Shown: positions 60,812-64,000 of the stretch, one piece after another
How positions within the stretch are numbered: the first letter of the stretch is position 1
How the letters are laid out: every line of letters starts with the position of its first letter
DNA from: an uncultured Parachlamydiaceae bacterium
GTDB lineage: Bacteria; Chlamydiota; Chlamydiia; Chlamydiales; Parachlamydiaceae
Length of the DNA stretch: 64,000 nt
Assembly: GCA_963742415.1 (NCBI GenBank)
Contig: CAVULX010000003.1
Span: 544,001-608,000, forward strand
Reading direction: 5' to 3'
Made by a program: the position numbers and the translations under genes
The notes under the pieces: model-generated
Told to the model about the DNA's origin: nothing
What the model saw: the letters and a program-made list of their open reading frames with translations, nothing else
Databases searched by the model: none

Positions 60812-63723
60812 AAGTCATCGAGTTCCTTTTTTGCCTGTTCGATGGCATAGGAAGAAACAGCAAATTGCCCCTGGAGAAGATTCTTATAAATGGCTTCGGC
60901 AGCTTCGGTCTTGGCTTTTTGTTCAAGAGCATTCCCTTTTTTTTCTGCCGCCTTAGCTTCGAGCTTCAACAGGTGTGCCTCAACAAGCATCATATAAGCT
61001 TGATAAATCAGGTCTTTTTCAGGATAAGATTCCCGACTTGCATTGTAATCTTTAGACCACAAATCCTCTTTATTTGAAAATTCTTCTTTCATTCGGGTCA
61101 ATAAAAAGTAGCGCATCTCCTGTTGTTTTTCTAAAGGCTCTAAGGAAGTTCGAATGGCGACATAATCTAAAGCAGCTTCTAAATGGAGAGGTTCGTGAAT
61201 TAATGTTTTTCGTATCTGCAAGTCTTTCAAGGTTTTGAGAATTGTAATGATCTCCTCATCCTCGTCATTCAGTTTTTCTTGAGGCAGGGAGGCAAATGTG
61301 AGGCGGGCCCAATGGAGTTTAGAAGCGTTGGAAATATAGGGGTCGGTTGTTTTGCAATGAGTTGCCAAGCTACAGTAATTATCTAAAGCTTTTGCCATAT
61401 CCCCTTTTAGCCGTAAGGCATTGGCTAGAGCGAATACTGTCCTTGAGGGCAGTGTCCAAGACCATTGAGGATTTTCTTTTTGTTGATTAATTAAATCATT
61501 GAGAAGATTCAATTGAGCTTCTGTTTGATTGACCCATCCATAGAGATTGCTCAGCTTGAATAATTCGTGCTCCAAATAAAGTGTTTCGGGCCTTATGGCG
61601 TCAGATGGAGGCCCGGTGCCGATGTCGAAGGCATTTTCATAGATGACGACACCTTTTTGCGCCAATTTCAAAATGTCTATATTTTCAAGAGGCTCGATCG
61701 TATATTCATTGCTCAGGGTTTTAACTTTGTTATAATAGTAGTTTGCTAACCACAGCTGGTTTTCAAATTTGATTTTTTCAGGATCCGTCCCTAAAACATG
61801 GTAGAGGTGCTCAGCAGCTTTGTCAAAATAGGGATTTTCTGTTTCCGCTTGGATCTCCTCCTCGGGCTGAGTTAAACGCAAACAAGTGCTAAACAGATTT
61901 AGGCGGAGCTTGCATTGATCGGAAAAATGGGGATTTAGAATTAAAACCTGTTCAGCATGGCGGACAAAGTTTGCGAGGTCTTGTTTCCCTTCGTGGTAGC
62001 ATGTGGCCATGAGAAGATGGGCTTGAAATAATTGAGGATCTTCAGGATGGTTTTCCACATATTCGTTGAGTGTGTCGATGGCTTTTTGGTGCTCTTTTAG
62101 ATCATACCATGTTTTCGCTATTTTCAAAAGGTAGCGAGGACGTTGTTCCGTTTTTATGGCCTCAGGGTAGTCTAAAGCTGCTTGCATCTCTTCCAATAGT
62201 TGTTGCCGTAATTCAAGGTTTTCATTAAGGCCAGTTTCATCCATCATTTGGAGGGTCACATTTGGAAGATATTGATAGGCAATATGAACGAGAGAGCTAT
62301 CGGGATAGCTTTGAATAAAGTTTTTAAAAATTGCGCGGCTGTCGTCCCACCGTTTCATTCTTAGCAAAACAATCCCCTTTTCAAAAAGAAGATGGTCTGC
62401 TCCCTCATATTTGGGGAAGGCTCGGATTGTTTTCTCGAGCGTGTTGAGAGATTGATGCAGATCCCCCTGATTCTTGTAAGCCGTTGCGAGAAAATATAAT
62501 ACTTTGGGTAAATCGGGATCGGAGGGGAAGATGTTTTCAAATCGGTTTGCAAGGTGCTCTACTTGAGGCAAATTGTTTGTATGGTAGTAGCTTGTAAGCA
62601 AGGTTAATAAAATATCTTTTTCAAAGGAAGTATCGTGATGGGGAAATTGGGTAGAATCTTTAAAAAAGGGTTCCAGCAGAGCAATCGTGTTTTCGTGGTC
62701 TCCAAGGTGAAAATAACTGTGCCCTAAATAAAAAGCGAACAGCGGTTGCTTTTCTTTTGCAAGCTGTTGCTTGATGTCCGTTTGTTCTTCAATCAGCTGC
62801 TCGAAAAGGCGTTCGCCGAACAACAGTAATAGCTTATTATAAGCTGCGTCCGCTGATTTTTGGCCGTTCATTTCCATCAGGATCGAATACAAGCGGAGAG
62901 ATTCCTCTGGATCGATCTTCTGCTGTATTTGTGCAGCTTGCCACAGCATCTCTTCCCTTTTGTCTGGAAAGGTGTCAGCTAAATCTAAATAAAGATTGGC
63001 GGCTTGAATAGGATCATCGACCAGGGTGTAAATTTCTGCCAAACCCAGTTTTGCATTCACTGCATGGGGGGAATCTTCCAATAATTCATAATATTCACGA
63101 GCAAGGTCATAGTTGGCTTGAGCTTCGTTGGCGTCAAGATTTTTTTTCCCTTGCTGCAAGAGTCCTTCGGCAAAATAATACATCCACAAAGCTTGCTCGG
63201 GGGATTCTGGCTTTTGCTTTTGGAACTCCATTTTAGAATCAATTTCCCCAGTCAACTCATAATGTTTTTCCAGATGGTATAAACAGTCTAAACGGTTGTT
63301 GAAAACCTTATCTCGGAACAGAGGAGAGGCGATCCGATTATAAGCGTACAATGCTTCTTGATAATTTTGCTCGTTCCAGTAGAGATCTCCCAAAATCACA
63401 AGCAGACTATCGGTATATTCACTCTGGGGGTATTGGTGTAGAAATTTGGTGATTTGCGCTTTGACAATTTTTGGTTCTTTATCTTTCCAGAACTCTAGAA
63501 TACGGCGAACAAATAGGGCTTCTTCTTCGGTGACATTCGAATGGTTCTGCGCGTAAATGGCAAAAGGAAAAAAAACAAGAATAAGATGAAATGAAAATAC
63601 CTGTAGGACAGAATTTATTTTCACAGCTGCTCCTGGAAGTTTCAAACCTGGGCTAAAACAAATTTTAACCCAGGTTAAGAGGGTGTCTATAAATTCAATA
63701 AAGCAATTGAAGTTTATAAACAT
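60808..63723 (-). CDS. Large exported TPR-repeat protein (true start probably ~63624)
   Basis: Signal peptide 'FPFAIYA'; repeated YP.S/FP.D TPR motifs. Confidence 0.85.
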   Translation of the reverse strand: MFINFNCFIEFIDTLLTWVKICFSPGLKLPGAAVKINSVLQVFSFHLILVFFPFAIYAQNHSNVTEEEALFVRRILEFWKDKEPKIVKAQITKFLHQYPQSEYTDSLLVILGDLYWNEQNYQEALYAYNRIASPLFRDKVFNNRLDCLYHLEKHYELTGEIDSKMEFQKQKPESPEQALWMYYFAEGLLQQGKKNLDANEAQANYDLAREYYELLEDSPHAVNAKLGLAEIYTLVDDPIQAANLYLDLADTFPDKREEMLWQAAQIQQKIDPEESLRLYSILMEMNGQKSADAAYNKLLLLFGERLFEQLIEEQTDIKQQLAKEKQPLFAFYLGHSYFHLGDHENTIALLEPFFKDSTQFPHHDTSFEKDILLTLLTSYYHTNNLPQVEHLANRFENIFPSDPDLPKVLYFLATAYKNQGDLHQSLNTLEKTIRAFPKYEGADHLLFEKGIVLLRMKRWDDSRAIFKNFIQSYPDSSLVHIAYQYLPNVTLQMMDETGLNENLELRQQLLEEMQAALDYPEAIKTEQRPRYLLKIAKTWYDLKEHQKAIDTLNEYVENHPEDPQLFQAHLLMATCYHEGKQDLANFVRHAEQVLILNPHFSDQCKLRLNLFSTCLRLTQPEEEIQAETENPYFDKAAEHLYHVLGTDPEKIKFENQLWLANYYYNKVKTLSNEYTIEPLENIDILKLAQKGVVIYENAFDIGTGPPSDAIRPETLYLEHELFKLSNLYGWVNQTEAQLNLLNDLINQQKENPQWSWTLPSRTVFALANALRLKGDMAKALDNYCSLATHCKTTDPYISNASKLHWARLTFASLPQEKLNDEDEEIITILKTLKDLQIRKTLIHEPLHLEAALDYVAIRTSLEPLEKQQEMRYFLLTRMKEEFSNKEDLWSKDYNASRESYPEKDLIYQAYMMLVEAHLLKLEAKAAEKKGNALEQKAKTEAAEAIYKNLLQGQFAVSSYAIEQAKKELDDL

Positions 63724-63767
63724 CCTCTAAATTTATTTAACCAGTTTATACAACCGAGCATGCGTTT

Positions 63768-64000
63768 TTAAAAGGCATAAATCGCTTCAATTTCAAATTT
63801 CGAATACTTGTGGGAACCGGTAATTTTTTCATCTACAGCGTTCGACCATTCGAGTTGAGTATCAACAGTGATATTATCTGTGAGAGCGTATAAACTTTCA
63901 AAGACCCACCCCTTATAGTTGGTATTTCCACCCGCATTTGGCTTTTGTGTAATACTCTTTCCCAGCACGTTTCCATTGCAAATGCCCGATGCATCGTCAT
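63768..64000 (-). CDS. C-terminus of chlamydial outer-membrane beta-barrel (CHLPN 76 kDa-like), 5' end outside window
   Basis: 'TNYKGW...LYALTDNI...FEIEAIYAF' terminal-Phe motif; frame open to window edge. Confidence 0.7.
   Translation of the reverse strand, partial: DDASGICNGNVLGKSITQKPNAGGNTNYKGWVFESLYALTDNITVDTQLEWSNAVDEKITGSHKYSKFEIEAIYAF

Overview
Chromosomal segment of an environmental Chlamydiae-like bacterium. This is inferred from the gene order CT296-like/rnc/radA/hemC, ahpC beside a CT602-like gene, lpdA-lipA, a DUF2608 gene and a CHLPN-76kDa-like outer-membrane gene. Housekeeping genes (recA, rnc, radA, hemC-hemD fusion, brnQ, psd, eno, ahpC, trkAH, terC, secA, lpdA, lipA, uvrD, rsmD, tRNA-Arg) alternate with lineage-specific effector-like ORFs. 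An AT-richer accessory island (~45.8-58.3 kb) holds a broken Rhs gene with a toxin tip, an immunity-gene array, a truncated AAA+ ATPase, a P-loop kinase / 5'-nucleotidase / 2H-like cluster and a decayed AbiE-type toxin-antitoxin pair. Main observations: (1) an Ile-rich leader peptide with terminator/antiterminator upstream of brnQ, i.e. a classical attenuator; (2) a tRNA-Arg whose discriminator base is followed directly by the ATG of the next gene; (3) several families of non-coding palindromic elements that nest in each other, abut stop codons, have arms homogenised within each copy, and in one case keep identical length and fold through compensatory changes. Several single-base frameshifts (trkA, rsmD, phd) may be sequencing errors. 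All family calls come from motif recognition by eye; no searches were run.
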